Below, one piece after another: positions 12,067-24,122 of a stretch of DNA of 64,000 nt (positions are counted from its first letter, which is position 1; the number at the start of each line of letters is the position of its first letter). The DNA is from Trichosphaerium sp. ATCC 40318 (lineage: Eukaryota; Protista; Tubulinea). The notes beneath the pieces were generated by a model, which did no database searches, was not told where the DNA came from, and worked only from the letters and a program-made list of their open reading frames with translations. The stretch is taken from the NCBI GenBank assembly GCA_038496445.1, contig JALMLS010000374.1:186001-250000 (forward strand). Reading direction: 5' to 3'. The translations under genes and the position numbers were made by a program.

Positions 12067-13558
12067 TTATTGCTTGCTTCGGGGTTTGTATTTCTTTGCT
12101 TCTTCGAGTTCACGTTGCATGAACCAGATTGACCTGTTGCAAAAAAAGTTAGAGCCGAAAAAAAAAAAAAAAGACTACAAACAAATCTAAAAAAGTTCAA
12201 TGTTTTCTGACGTACCCTTGAGCGGCAGTACCTTCCATCTTGGCAGCCTAAAAAATTTATCAGAGAAAACCATTGTATTCTATGCGGAGAAATATAGAGT
12301 CCGTTGAACACGTGAACGAGTGGGTACTCAAAAAATTGCTCGAAGTTTTTAGTCATCGCTTACCTTTCTTACAGCTGCTTCAGCAGTCAATACAGCGCGG
12401 TTCAAAGCGGTGTTATCAGAAGATAACAATTGCTCTAGCTCGTTCTTAGCAGCATTACCCTAAAACAGGCATTAAGAAATGAGTGAAAATTTTTTCAATA
12501 TTTTTCCTTGTTTTCAAAAAAAAAAAAATTATTGAGGTTGTATTACGGGAAATGCCTATTAACGTACTCTGACACCACCCTTGGCGCTCTTGGCTTGAAG
12601 TTCCTTCTTTTTTGCCTCAATTTTCTGAACATTACAGTAAGGGAGAGATACTTCTTTCGAAAATTATTAATAGAAACGTACAGCAATCTCAGTTTGGACA
12701 GCTTTTAGAGCTTGTTGAGCCTACATACGTATTTAATAAAACCGATACAGTATAGGAAATAAAACGACACATCTGGAAGCATAAATGTAACGAAAATCCA
12801 AATATTCTATTTTATCCACACAAATGAACGGTTTGTTTCGCTTCTTCGATTTTAGGTTTGTTCGCTTCAGTTTAGGTTATCAGAATACGTACTCTGGCGA
12901 GCATCTCATTAGTTCCTTGAGGTCTCTCAAGCATGACACTGATCTTGAATTTGTGTCTGAACAACAAATACTCAACAAGAGCCATCCTAAACGAAAACTA
13001 TTAAAAATCGCGTAAAAAACCGTCAAAAAAATTCATGTAGTCACGTGCCTTTTGTTAAAGTCCATATCAATCTCTCTTAGTGAGTCACGGAGTTCAACAA
13101 CACGCTTGGTAGTACCTAGACAAAGATTTTAAGCGTTTTATTGTAGTTTTGATTTCTCAGCTTCAACAAAAAGTTTTTGACCAAAAAAACGTACCAATCT
13201 TCTCCAAAAAGCGGTGAGCGTTGAATTCATCCAAGTCAGAGCCCTCATCACCTTTTTCAATGTCTAATTCGATAAACTAACATGCGCAGTTAGCGTTAAT
13301 CCTAAAACGATTTCTCTAAGGTAAAGTCGCCGTTTTTACCATGTTGACATATTTCCATGTGTTTTCGAGCTCGTCTTTCTTGTCTCCGAGTTCTGAATGG
13401 CGTAAATTAACCTTTAGTGATGTGAGAACGTACCAGGCCAGAAAGCATTGAGAAAGAAGGTAGCTAGGTAAGTCAGAAAAAGATCCTTCCCGTTTTGTGT
13501 TTTTAACAGTACCTTGATCGCGGTAGAGTCTAGAGGTTACGTCTTTAAAGGTTGTCAT
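12067..13558 (-). CDS. 34-kDa calcium-regulated actin-bundling protein family (Dictyostelium ABP34-like)
   Basis: Spliced: YRDQATFFLNAFW...DLDEFNAHRFLEKIG...LREIDMDFNKRMALVEYLLF...PQG...GGVRGNAAKNELEQLL...GSIWFMQRELEEAKKYKP. Confidence 0.85.
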
Positions 13559-13820
13559 TGTTGTACAGGTGGTTATGAACTGGTACACAAAAAAACCGTA
13601 CATCGACTTAACTGCAGTATTTTCAAAAGCCGTGGTAATGAGTCTCTGGCTACTGTGAGAGCTATAACAAGGTACATAAATATTCAATACGATTATTCCG
13701 CTGTTTACCCGTTGAGCGCTCATTTTTATGCTTTAATGCACAATACTACGCGCGTTTATAGTGCTCAAAGCTTTGTTACACTTTCCGAGAGACTTGAAGG
13801 AAGTTAAAAAAAAATACATT

Positions 13821-15057
13821 TCAGCAACACTTTTCTCGTTTTGTACAATCTCTGGACTTTTGAAATCTCATACACGTCCATGCCACTATATGCCTTATCA
13901 TCTTATCCATATGAGAAGAAATATAATGATCGTCATCAAACAAAACAAGCTCAGAAAACTGAACTTTTTCATGGAGTGATATTGAGTGCCTAAAATCCAC
14001 TTTAGCATCATTAGAGCCATGTAAAATTAATAACTTGGCTCCGTTTTTTATACGACAGGTGAGATCGTCACCTATCACGTGTGGATTAGCACGAGGATAC
14101 AAACTGGGTTCAGGTTTACCTGTTTCAGAAGTGGCAATAGAGATAATACCGTTAACGTCGTTTTTGAGACAACCACTTGCTATTGCTGAGGAACTACAAT
14201 TGTTCCATCCTAGTACAACTGCCAGTGATGCTCTGAAATGATATCTCGCATATTTTATAGCATGTAGTATAGAATCTACGCTATTATTGATGTCTTTTGG
14301 GTTTTGTAAAAAAAGAATTATGGTTGCAATGCCTGTGACATGTGTTAAACACAATTATGTCAAACTTTATGAGTGTACCCGTATCAGAAAAAGCACTTAC
14401 TAATGCTGTGTAAGCTCCTTTCGGACCATGGAAGGAATACTCTTTGTTGGTGATCATAACAACCTAAAGAAAAAAGTGAGTTGTTTTTTGGATATTTCTT
14501 AATTTATTCGTACAACTCCTGTTGGACTATAACATGGACACTCACAGAGTGCTCGTGCGCCATTAGAGAACAAATGCGTGCTTGTCATGTGTTGCCAAGA
14601 GTCATTTAGTTTGAAATTACCGCCACACTTCGCAATTGAAACAACTCTGTTTGCTCCTTGTTCCCAAGTAATGGCTTCGCCCGAATCTGTCCCTAAAGCC
14701 TGTACATTTAGTTTTAAATGGTATAATACTATAGAAAACGATATTTTTAACGTTGCAGAGATAAACTCAGGGTGTTTTAAAAGAATCTTACAGATTTGTT
14801 ACAGATTTTAATAAAAAACAACGGTAAAAACAACACCACGCGCCTATAAAGTATTTATATTCAATCTGTACCGTTGACGATGGTAAAACAAGTTTACCAC
14901 GCCAAATATCGCCAGAAGTCCATGACAGCTTAACAGCACGCTTTGTATCCCATGAACAATGAGTATTATCACATACAAATACGCTTTGGCCGTAAGACGT
15001 AGTATACGTTATTTGAACATCAATCTCCAGCTGTTGTGCCAACGGCGCTTGTCCCAT
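13821..15057 (-). CDS. CBM20 starch-binding domain plus alpha/beta-hydrolase-fold protein
   Basis: YTTSYGQSVFVC...WDTKRAVKLSWTSGDIW...IEYKYFI|GTDSGEAITWEQGANR; C-terminal LLILHGSNDAKV and DDDH. Confidence 0.8.
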
Positions 15058-15390
15058 TGCATTATAGGATTACAAGTCGAATAAAAACTCTCTGAGACAG
15101 GTTTTTGGTCAAAACGGGATTTGCCGTGCTAAATCATGCTTTGCGACAACAAGCTAGCTTTCTTCAAACCACAATAAATGAGTACGAAAAACTGATTCAT
15201 ATACTAATCTACGCTTATATGTGCTTATACTTGGATGTACATTATTGATAGCTTGAGTACCCCACGTGCTTTACACCCGTCAATATAACTGATGTTCATT
15301 ATTTACCTAGTTCCTATATCAAAGTGTACAGAGGCGCCTTGTGAGCATGTTCTTGTGTTCACTGCGTTGAAGTTCCTCTTCTTGTGTTGT

Positions 15391-16212
15391 TTATACAGTT
15401 CCAAGCCATTTTATACCCAATGATTCAACATAGTCTTTTGTAATCTGACTGAATGACCAAATCTTTATAAACTTTAAAGATGTCAAGTACTTTAAACAAT
15501 TATTTGTAATAAATCTACAATTTGTTTCTAGGTGCTCTAGATTAACCAAGTGCTTCATACCTTCATCTGATATTTCTCTACAATCAAACAAGGTTAGTTT
15601 CTTGACATTCGTCAATGCTTTAATCCCATCATTTGTTATCTTAGGTCCATAGAAAACAACAAGCGTGTGCACATTCCCAAGAAGCTTAAGAAAATCATCT
15701 TTTGGACTAAGTGTAATCTTATGTACATTCCTTAATGCCTTTATTCCTTCAACTGTAATATCACATCCAAGAATCTCTATAGTGTGTACACCAGTAAGCA
15801 TCTTTAATGCATCATCTGTAATCTTTGTATAGCCCAAGTTAATCTCATGAATTGTGTTCTGTCCTCCATTTAGTAGCACGTGTATACCTGAGCATGTAAT
15901 ATTTGAATGCTGTAAGTCTATGTTGTGAACACCTTGGAGGTTTGCCAAGTCGGTTAATGATAGATTCACGTGGCTACATCTAATTTTGGTGTTTTTGAGC
16001 AATGGACTGCCTTTAAGTACAAGACAATCCTCTGCTGCTGTATGATTTTTCAACTTGAGTATACTGAAGCCAATATTGTGCCTAATGATATCATTGAAGA
16101 GATGACAGACTGCAGAAGCCTTAATAAGATAGTTTTTACTAATATTACGTAAAATATGTGTTAAAGTCTCTGGTGGCAGTTGGTGGACAAGGTTACCTTG
16201 TTTCGATGACAT
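15391..16212 (-). CDS. Intronless F-box/LRR protein with diverged GVHTI-type repeats
   Basis: F-box LPPETLTHILRNI...AVCHLFNDII; LRRs LQGVHNIDL, LTGVHTIEILGCDIT, LTNVKKLTLFDCREISDEG. Confidence 0.88.
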   Translation of the reverse strand: MSSKQGNLVHQLPPETLTHILRNISKNYLIKASAVCHLFNDIIRHNIGFSILKLKNHTAAEDCLVLKGSPLLKNTKIRCSHVNLSLTDLANLQGVHNIDLQHSNITCSGIHVLLNGGQNTIHEINLGYTKITDDALKMLTGVHTIEILGCDITVEGIKALRNVHKITLSPKDDFLKLLGNVHTLVVFYGPKITNDGIKALTNVKKLTLFDCREISDEGMKHLVNLEHLETNCRFITNNCLKYLTSLKFIKIWSFSQITKDYVESLGIKWLGTV

Positions 16213-16481
16213 CAAGCTCGTGGAATGTGTTTAAAGAAATACCAAGACTGGTTTTTTTTCGTTCACCTCATTTAAACTCTCGTAACATACCGTCACAAAT
16301 GGCTGCCTGTGCAACACCAAACTCTGCCGCTCCTACTTACTTAACATACCTTACGACCGAGTTTTGTTGCTTCGTTTTGTATTTTGGACACGTGATTTAT
16401 ATATCAAAAACAATACAAAATTGAAAGTCGAGCTCGGTCAATTTTCGTATAATTTGACGGCTGTAATACGTTTAAAACGTT

Positions 16482-17886
16482 ATGCCAAATGCTATATGCA
16501 CCACTCATAGGGTGTGGCTTACTGTGAAGTATCTCACGATACTAACAGTGTCCGTAATTGTTATTTAACTACAAAATACTAAAAAAGATTCTTTTAGGTA
16601 TATTGGCATCTTTGTTGGGTTTTTCTTCTTCTTCTCGTCTAATGCGTTCGAAGACTTGACGTTTTGGGTGGAGAAGCATCAAATTATTGGATTGCTCGTT
16701 TTTTTCTGTTTATTCACCTTGGCGTCGTTCCCTCTTGTACCAGGTACTGTAGGGGCAAAATATTGTTCCATATCAAATAATTTTCGCTACACTTTCGCGG
16801 TTTTAAGCGGAAAAGCTTACTGAACGCTAGCATACGGAATTATATGCATGGTATCAGGTGTTATATGGGGTTTACTCTTTGGCACTTTGATTTCAGCGAT
16901 AATGAGCATCATAGGTGCTGGTATAGGTTTCTTCGCTTGTAGGTACGTTAACAAGCGTGTTAGAACCAAAAAAGCTTATTTTCGCAAACATATACTAACA
17001 ACTCGTTAGATACTTGCTACACGACTGGACATGGCGTCAAATAAAGCAAAGCGAGCGACTAACGTTTATTGTTGAAGCTCTAGTCAAATATAAATGGAAA
17101 ATGGCTTTCCTGATGAGATTAGCGCCTATACCTTGTGGTATAGTTAACGCTGTAATGGGTGTAAGTACTGAACAGAAAAAATAATTTATCCGCTTGCTGT
17201 CAGAAGAAGCAGACGAAATTTTTTTTACTGAAAAGATGATTTTTTGGTTTTTTCGTTGTTGGTTTTTTGACGCTTTGTACAAGGTTTCTGGGGTATCTTT
17301 TATCCATTTTATGATTGGTTCGTTTCTACCTATGATATTTGATGCGTTTATGTTTGTTTTGATTGGTGTACAGGCAAGAGATATTGCTTTGATTGTCAAA
17401 GGAAAAATGTACGTTGAACAATATGACTTAAAAGACAGTTTTTTTTGTTTCGGACTACATGTTTGTTCTACACATGTATAACAATGTGTATACGTATTTT
17501 GATAATAGTGGCGAGAGGATTTTCCAAAACACCACTTCAAATTATCTTTCGGTTCCCAGTAAATCAAGATTTCATCATATGGGTTTTTTTTCTCATTTTA
17601 TTCTGTTTTTTTTTTTTTTTGGTTCTTGAAATCGTACTTGCCAATCATGATGTCCTGATTTTTGTTAAATAGTAAGCGAAAATGGTGGGAATGGTTAATT
17701 GTAGCATTACAGTTTGCTGTTATATTTGGTATACTAGTCATTCTGTTTTTTGTTGTAAAGAGACAACTTAGCAAGTATAAAAAAGCAAAGCTTCTAGAAG
17801 TCGAACCAGACGAAGAAGACGCAAAACCATTGATTACAAGTAGAAATGATGAGGATGATACTGTACATGATAAACTATTAAATTAG
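16482..17886 (+). CDS. DedA/VTT (TVP38/TMEM64-like) membrane protein
   Basis: Spliced: SGVIWGLLFGTLISAIMSIIGAGIGFFACRYLL...FLMRLAPIPCGIVNAVMGVSGVSFIHFMIGSFLPM. Confidence 0.85.
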
Positions 17887-18503
17887 ATAACAAAAAAAAC
17901 CCCCAAACTCACAACAGCACTGTAACATTAAACACAAATAAAAACTAGTAAATTACTCTGGTACAGTCTCATGTTCTTTTCACATTCAGTTTTCCATGGC
18001 TTTTTAAATGGACAAATTTATTGTTCCATCTTGTATGAAGGAGTACTATTAGTTCAATTGGTTAAGCACAACAAGGTCACAATAAGTTTTAGTCGTTCTT
18101 CGATTTCTCGTCCATTGGATTGACCTAAAAAAACGCTATTTTGTTTTAGCGCTAAGCCTGATTTTCGGGCTGGTTTGTGAGCATGGGTAACCTTGTGCAA
18201 CTCTGCAAGCATACCTTTAGTGTATCCTTATGGAGTACTTTACATGAGCATAAAAGCAGAAAGTCACGTGCTACAACTCGGAGTGGCTGTTTCAAGTCAA
18301 ATCCATTGCAATATTACCTACCCCAAGGTTACGTATTTCAGGCTACATCAAGATAAATACAGTTCACACAGTTAAGTCACTACTAGTAAATAACAGACTA
18401 AGAATTTAGTATCAAGTTAACATCTGTTACATTGTGAGCCTAGAATGCTTAATATAACAATTACTGATAGTACGCCATAGTAATTGTTGATTAGTTTTTT
18501 TAT

Positions 18504-21500
18504 TCACTGCACACTACTCTTTGGTGCTATCTTAGTAGATTGGGTGCTGTAGGCAAAGTATCCTATGATAGCAGCTCCAACAACAACAGGAACAACCAAA
18601 ACAGCCCAGCTCCAGTTTGTTGTCTCAGGCTCGAGTATACTAGGATCTAATTCGCACTTAACTACCTTCAGTTCTTTTTCAATAAACTTAACAACAGTCT
18701 GAACTTGTTTGCTTGGTGTATCTTGTATCCACTCCTTTTGAGGTAAAATACGACTATACTTTTCCTTAACAGCTCTTGCTACTCGTTTACGGTTAGTACA
18801 CTGTTGAATGAGCTCAAGATCATCATTAAATTCCTAAGCAAAATAAGTATTAATCACAGTTTAAAGTTGCTTCATTAACAATGACGCACAACAACAAGAA
18901 GATGCTTCTTTGCAATTTCTAAGTAGTGTATAACACTAGTTGATAAAGCTTTTATATCTCTGGCTTCTAATAGACTATGTACATCCACTAAGAAGCCAAA
19001 CAAGCATAAGAACCTGAAGTAGTTGTTAAAAAACAAAATCAACAACAAAAAAAGAACTTACACGTGTATCACTTCAATGACTTTACTCTCATTGCTATGC
19101 TTCTTCAGAATTTCTATATCTAAACAAGAACATACTATTAATCGCTGCTTCAAGGTACAATAAACAAATACATACCTAAACTAACTTTGTGTAGTGTTCT
19201 TGGAAAATCTTTCCAATTCATTGTATTCCAATCTCTCTTTAGGGGCTTAATCCTTTCGAAATCTAGCCAGTATCTATGTTCTCCTAAGCATTGAACAAGT
19301 TGTCTAAACAGTAAGGTATTAATACTAAAATAACATCTCTCTAGCATTGTACTTCTGGACATCAGCACGTGGAAGATCAGAAAACTTATCAAGCTCAGAA
19401 ACCAGTTCATAGATAGATGCCATCAAATTAGGCATTGTTTGTGTCTACGAGTGCGTCTGTAAGAATAAAGAAAATTAAAATAACACCGCGGTGTAGACGT
19501 ACATCTTGATTAAATGTTACAGTTGTGTTATATTTATAAAGAGCTTCAAGAGCCTCATTCTGATTTATTGATAAATTCTAGAAAAAACTTTTAAGTCAGT
19601 GCTGTGTTGACATTAAAAAAAACCTAGGTAAAATATCACGTGCATGCATAGATAATGTGAGTCCAAAAATCTTCTCACAAAGAGCAACTTCAGTAGTTCG
19701 CTTCTTACACCTAAGAAAAATAGTCATGTTAACAAAACATTATCATCTGAATTCTAGTATACTAGAGTTTTAACACACGCACCACTTGAACCCTTGAGCC
19801 ATATTACATACATAGTAGAAGAAACAAAGTTCTCCATGAAGTGAATAAAATGCGGAGTCTATTAACACCTACACCAATCAGTATTAGAATGCAACTTAAA
19901 TTGATGATTCATAAAAAAAAAATTCGGCTCACGCACAAGAAGTTGTGCTTGTAAGTCTCCTGTATCTCCATGTTCTTGAATAGCCATATCGTGCTGCGAC
20001 GCTATAAACCGTGCTATTTGTTTTAAAGTATCAGGGGATATCTTACCACTCTCTAAAGCAGGTCATGAACAGTCAAGTCTTAAGGCATCAAGCAGAAAAA
20101 ATATACACGTTACTCACCTAGAAACGCTTTTGTACGACTTAGAATATAGCTCTCCCTGTCGAATGTTTCAGTTGAATCTAGATCATAAAGTAAGATATTT
20201 TAGTGGTTGTATGTTATTTACCGCTGTAAACAGAGAGCTCGTGAAGAGCTGCATTAACAAATCTTTGATTTTTTTCAGCATCGAATAATTTGATTCTTTC
20301 ACTCATAAGAACGAAAGATTGTGGACAGTAATCTTTTTGGTATTGTGGAATATCGAACACAAAAGGAGTAGCTCCAAAATTAAGCTTTAAGGATTCTCCT
20401 TGCCTAGCAATACCTGCATGCCGTAAACGTAAGGTACCACGAGACTTTGAGTCAAAGATATTGGGTTTTTTCTAAAAGCAGCAAACAATTGTTCAACTTC
20501 TCGTACTTATATAAGGGAATAAGAATCCTAACTGCTCAGAAGGTATATTATGGGAACTGGTGAATTCACCATTCCGTGTAAAAAACACTTGGCCTGTGTC
20601 ATAGTTTAACCCACATCTTTTATTCAAACAAAAATGTCAGAAAAAAAACAAATCTTCATTGTTGTTACATACCCTATTACATCGCCATCAACCCACTTTG
20701 GATTTCTATGCGATGAACCAGGAAAACCAAGCCATACACTACCATCCATACCCATATATCCATAACTCTATAGATGTATGAGAATCAAAACGGCGAAATA
20801 ATTTTCATGTAACATAAAACAATCACGTGCCTCTCTGAACATTCCAGGTGCTACAAATAGCTCTCTTTCTTCATTCCTACAAAATGGAGCTACTCCAATC
20901 GCTATATAACGACCAAAATCATCTTCTTCAACACTACTTATAGTTCATACAAAGCAAAACTTTCCTTTCTTGTTGTTCACTGAAAGAATTAAACGTACTA
21001 CTGTTTTTCTTGACAGGTCAACTCAAAATAGCCAATATTACATTGTGCTAGTGGAAGTGGCCATAAAGGAAGACTTCCTTGTAAGCACCAAAAGAGTTAA
21101 GGTTAAAACAATCCGTTGTTTCTCAATTGGTGTTTTTTACCGCTGTATCCGTGTCAAACAAAAGGACGTTATAGGATACTACTTGACCAAGACTTGCTGA
21201 TTCTGGGTATTGTACTACAAGACCATTCGGTCCAACATACGTCCGTTGTGGTGAAAAAGGCACTATAGTGCTACCCCTCACGTTGCGAAGGTACATAAAT
21301 ACGAACTCTTGGCGCCAGTCGATTTTAGAGCTTAGTTGCTTTGCACTTAACAAAAATACGGTAGAACACATTTGTCGCCATAGCCTTTGACTTTTGTGTA
21401 TTCTATACAGCCTACAGTGCGTTTGGAGAAAATGTATAAAATCTCTGGGTTCTAAGAACCTAAATACAGCTTAGACGCGTAATATAATACTATGTAGTGC

Positions 21501-21561
21501 GTGAAAACTACCTAGTGAGCTGAAAGATAATTAGGTCATTTGGAATGATGTCTAAAGACAT
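18504..21561 (-). CDS. F-box plus SPRY domain protein with C-terminal membrane anchor
   Basis: MSLDIIPNDLIIFQLTRFLEPRDF (F-box); IAIGVAP...PGMFRE|SYGYMGMDG...GDVIGCG...VFFTRNG (SPRY); terminal TM WSWAVLVVPVVVGAAIIGYFAY. Confidence 0.8.
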
Positions 21562-23011
21562 AATATACGTCTTCAGCGAGGTACGACGCGAAGCGACGTC
21601 TAAAACGCTATTTTAGTGCCCAACAGAGCTCATTTAAGGCGTCGCTATAACTTAAGTTGTGGAACTCCAGTAAAGTTGTAGTGGTGATTGGTGTTCAAAG
21701 TATAGGTTTAAGAATAGTTGTTTACCTCAATGCTGTAGGAATACAGCAACAGCTGTGTTTCACATGCTGGAATGACAGGTGCACGTGCTCATTCAAAAAC
21801 TAATTCTTCAGGCGCGACAAAATTGTGACATTTCAACAAAAAACCATTTGTTGGTTTAAAGATTGCTGACCCTGGTAGATACAAATCCATACTGAAAACA
21901 ACGTAACTTTTATTGATGCAAAAACACAAAGCGATCGGAGAGAACCATTAATGACTTTTTTTTGACAAAATTGTCCATATTTGGGCTTCCGAGAACCATC
22001 GGCATTTTGATTTACTAAACACTCTGATGGTACTTTCTCTGGCTTCTGGCACTCTCAACATAGTCACTTGATACGCTTGGATGCTATGTTTCATTACCAT
22101 GGTTTATTAAAAACAAGGTATGTGTCGTTCATATCAGAAGTGGTTCTCATTTGGTTTTCAGATATAGCGGTTAGGACGCATGTTTGAACTCACGTTGTAT
22201 AATTGTAGAGAAACTAAAATAACGTTTCAAAAAACAAAGAGGTCCGGCCGTTGGAGATAAACCAGGTAGTTGTTATAAAACAAAATGTTCGCTCAAAAGT
22301 ATTACTTTTTTTTGCAAAGGAACGTCCAGATTAACAGATTCAAATGCAAGTATGGGCTAGAAGATCTTGGAAGTTTCTCTAGGATCATTTTCAGCTAGCG
22401 ACCTTCTCATGGCGTTGTGGTCATAGAATGAAAAACCCTTTTGACTTTGCTTCTGCTACGCAAAGAGACATATCTAAGAACTTAGGAGCGACACTATTCT
22501 TTTGTAGAACTACGACGTACTCGGTCGTTGGAAACTGATTGGAAGCGGCGATATCAACCCCACTGACAATTGTAACGCGGATTGGTAGTGCGTAGAGAAA
22601 GGTTGTATACAGGAGGTCTCCATCAAGAAGATTTTCATGGTCGTGCGTGTGCTGTAGCAGGAAGATGTTCCAGCGCTTTTTCATTCAGACGCTTTTGTTT
22701 CGCTACTCGCGGCATAAAATGTCTGCTACGTACTTATGACGATATTGTACGTCTACCAAAGCGAAGGTTCAGTAAACAAAAGCGTTGAGCCAAGAGCAAA
22801 GCATTCTCTTCTCACTAAATCGCTAACAGTTTTCAACGGATTCTAAGCGAAAGGCGTCTTAACACATGACAAACGCTTAGCACTTTCCTATAGCGTCTTT
22901 ACACGCCATAGTCTCTATACCCGCTGAATAGATCGATTTTAAGAGGGGTATTTCGTCGAACATCAGTTTGGTTTTTCCGTCCAAAATCATAAAATAATCA
23001 AAGAAACGGCA

Positions 23012-23737
23012 ATGAAACGTACAAGGCAAGGCGTCTCTACACGAGCTCATCACGGTTATAATCCCCGTACTGTGGACACGTCGAATTTGTGTCAACCGCA
23101 CCTCCAACAAGGAAAAAGAAGGTTGGAAGGCGCCCAAACTTCAGAACGTAAACAATGCATGGTAAAGCGAAAGCGAACGCTAACGGCAGACCAAACGAGC
23201 CAAATGGACGATATTCTCGTGCGAGTTGTAGAATGGCTCTTAAATAACCGCCAAACACTTCCAAAAACGCTGGAGAAGCTTAAAAACGCGATAGCGCCCC
23301 TCTGCAATATAGTTACACGTGTAGACACCCAAGTACTCTTCTACCAACTTATATTCAACCGCGTCATTACGTTGGATGGTCAGAACTACGTGGTACCCAA
23401 CCCTTCATACGATCCTAGTGTTCAATTAATGGCTTTTGTGCCGTCTGATACCATTTTGCCGCCACGTTTTTCTGGTGACTTTAAAGAAGCTCTAGACAAA
23501 GCTATTGCATGGTTACGTTTTAACCGTCACTTACCGAGAAGTCCAGAATCTTTTCTTCGATGTCTCGACCAACTATGTACATTCAAACGCCAAGCGTCAC
23601 TTGACAAGATAATTGATGAACTCGTTAAAAAAGATTATATTCATGTGGAATTTGGGCAACTTGAGTACTTGCTCCCAAAACGACACCCATCGCCTGAAGT
23701 ACTCAGTCATTTCAGATCTCACGTAGCCATTTGTTAA
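23012..23737 (+). CDS. Intronless hypothetical protein with an internally duplicated ~70-aa helical domain
   Basis: VVEWLLNNRQTLPKTLEKLKNAIAPLC aligns with AIAWLRFNRHLPRSPESFLRCLDQLC; basic KRKR stretch. Confidence 0.75.
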   Translation: MKRTRQGVSTRAHHGYNPRTVDTSNLCQPHLQQGKRRLEGAQTSERKQCMVKRKRTLTADQTSQMDDILVRVVEWLLNNRQTLPKTLEKLKNAIAPLCNIVTRVDTQVLFYQLIFNRVITLDGQNYVVPNPSYDPSVQLMAFVPSDTILPPRFSGDFKEALDKAIAWLRFNRHLPRSPESFLRCLDQLCTFKRQASLDKIIDELVKKDYIHVEFGQLEYLLPKRHPSPEVLSHFRSHVAIC

Positions 23738-24122
23738 CGGTTAGTTTATTTCTAAACTATGCTGATAGAATCTCAAAAAACTCGCAAAAAAAAACTTTTT
23801 TTCTTGGACCGTTCTACAAAAACTTTAAAAATGTCTTACCAAACCCAAAAACTCCTTGTACAGATGTAAACACATGTAAACAATAAACACATAATCATAT
23901 TATTCGTTGTCAGACTTTGATTTTCTATTATTCCCGTCATCTTGTACCAAACAAGTCATTATTTTCTGTTTTGCCTTAAAGTGGTCGAACGTTTAAGCAA
24001 CCCTTTGTTTTTTTTAGCACAGACATCGATTCCTTTGTATAAAACAACGTAGTACTCCGTAACAGTACTAGTCCTATCCCAATAGTTTTGCAAAAAACGC
24101 TTGCTGCTTCACAAGTACAAAA

